DNA of 64,000 nucleotides from Haliotis cracherodii (Eukaryota), in the NCBI RefSeq assembly GCF_022045235.1, contig NW_027266275.1:12586001-12650000 (forward strand), written 5' to 3'. Below, in pieces: positions 62,201 through 64,000 of this stretch. Each line of letters opens with the position of its first letter. Positions within the stretch are counted from its first letter, which is position 1. The translations under genes and the position numbers were made by a program. Below the pieces are notes generated by a model. The model saw only the letters and a program-made list of their open reading frames with translations, did not search any database and was not told where the DNA came from.

Positions 62201-64000
62201 CGTTACTACAAAGGGTATAAAACTCACCGAAAACATTCCGAAAAGGGGTCACGGGTAGTAATAAATGTAACAGATATTGCTACATTTCAACATTAAAATA
62301 CCCAAAGTTTTGACTAAATCAAAATAGGTGTTCAAAACACAGAGGTTTTCTAAAAGAATTGGACAAATAACCCTCCAAACTGAGTATATATGTTTTAATT
62401 TCATCGGAACTTTTTATGCACTGTTTGGACTCGAAACAGCTTGATAAGTCATTTCTTGGAAATCAAATATGCCATCTAGCATTGTAGGATTATTTAAGAA
62501 AAGCTGAACGAATTTATTTCTCCAACAATTTAAGTAATTAACATACTACTATTATTTAAAATTGTGTACGTCTTAGTAACAATAACCCCCAGTATATAAT
62601 ACAAATTATAACACAAGATAATACAAAATAAATGCCTCTTCACCCGGAACTAGGATGTGGAAGAACTTGACCAACATCACGGTTACTCACAACTGTCAAT
62701 GGCTCCCAATGTTTTTGTTTACAATATGCTTGCTTCTGACAGGTAACACGAAGCAAGATGACAACCCTGATCTATGATGTGGTTCAACATTAACCTGTAG
62801 ATTTACAGGGAATGAGCTTGTGGTACAACAGGATTGCCAATAGAACTGGAACATGACTGAACAGCCCTTTTTAGGCTGCAGACGAGCTGGCTATTTTGAT
62901 ATGAGGTGTTGGATTTAACCTGTCAATTTCATGATTTCACGACATTCGACGACTCTATCGTGTGAAAGAAGTGTGACAGTTGTGACGCAGAACCAGTGGT
63001 TCATGTATGGTTGCTTAATCGTGCGTGTTCTGAAATGAATTTAATCAAGTTTGATAAGTTGTTATGATCAAGTTCCTCTGATGTGACTTCAGTGATGTCG
63101 GGACATTGTTTGAGTGGTCTTTCGAAGGAAGGATTATTTTCTGATGGACTTTCGAATCCCTCCTGCCAAATTCTAACGGTGGTGGTTGAGGTAGATGGCA
63201 ATGAATATCGATCACAAAAAGGTTTGTAAACAACATGCTGATAAATAGAATAAACAATTATTTTGATAATTGTTATGTGGCAGTGTATGTTATTGTGTAA
63301 TAGTGATTGTGACTATAAATTGTTTCTGTTGAGATTCGGTAGACGCTCGTTGTATACCTTTTGGGCAGTGATCAGTCGTCAGGAGGTTACAATATGTAGA
63401 TGCTTGTGTGGTGTGTAAACTTCCAGTCTGTATACTGCGGATGGTGATAGTATGTTATAGAAACATATGGGAAGTTCTGTAATATTCTACGTTATGAGAC
63501 CACTATCTGGAACTTTCCAGAGTCAGGATAGGTTGCCTGTAAGAGGACAATAGTGAGTTTACGTATGGAACACACACGCATTTTCATAACGTCAAGACCA
63601 GCTTTCATTCGAGGATCGCTCATCATCCCTGATTCCCTGACCAGCCCATCTCGGAAGCTTGACCACTGTCGCCGCTGGATGGATAAACAGTATTATCACT
63701 GTCTTTAGCTATCACCACTTTCTTTTGCATTTGACACTGACCACTGCCATCATATTATTAATTGCCATTGAATATTGTACTTTTTTGTTTACTGCAATTG
63801 TTATTGCTGTGCACTAATTTGTATTGATTTGTAAACTTATTGAATTTTGTAATACATTTGTTGATTGTATACCACTTGCTGGTCGGTTGCTGGTTTCACA
63901 CTAAGTTCTTTTACGTACAGATTTATGGATTAACGTATTCAATTCAATTTGGGAATCGACACGTAACTTGAGGTTGTATCTTACTTTCATTGTCAGTTGT

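Noticed and set aside
62640-63970. Possible decayed transposase fragment (minus, ~62640-63200) and LTR-like block (TGTTATG ~63271 to CGTAAC ~63967)
   Set aside because: No clear TSD, PBS, PPT or recognisable domain; cannot be supported without a repeat-library search.

Overview
Eukaryotic, AT-rich, intron-containing genomic DNA from an invertebrate animal. The repeat landscape and the TRIM/NHL-type genes point to a mollusc, plausibly a gastropod such as abalone (inference only). Genes reconstructed by hand from splice sites: (1) the last five coding exons of BPTF/NURF301 (+; 762-1015, 1834-2007, 4410-4605, 6326-6410, 7056-7246); (2) complete PIGX (-; 17727-17603, 16184-16034, 15166-14929, 13555-13476, 12598-12443; 249 aa); (3) complete CHMP6/VPS20 (+; 8 exons, 19538-30632; 206 aa), head-to-head with PIGX; (4) an ANKRD63/ANKRD34-like ankyrin gene (+; 42183-43499); (5) two tandem coiled-coil + NHL-propeller (TRIM-derived) genes with intronless CDS (-; 54252-55742, 57711-59231). 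The rest is dense in repeats: four SINE-like families sharing one 3' tail, several MITE families, a decayed full-length mariner, a fold-back mariner derivative, a Helentron/DINE-like element, a LINE 3' fragment, minisatellites and two N gaps. Most notable: a TSD-flanked palindromic insertion in a PIGX intron carrying a Penelope-type minimal hammerhead ribozyme variant (U3-A8 core); an 86-bp tandem repeat that quadruplicates a BPTF splice acceptor; a MITE whose TSD duplicates a PIGX splice donor; and an N-terminal MPxTRS+basic motif on both NHL proteins. Repeat coordinates are approximate unless a TSD or TIR is quoted.
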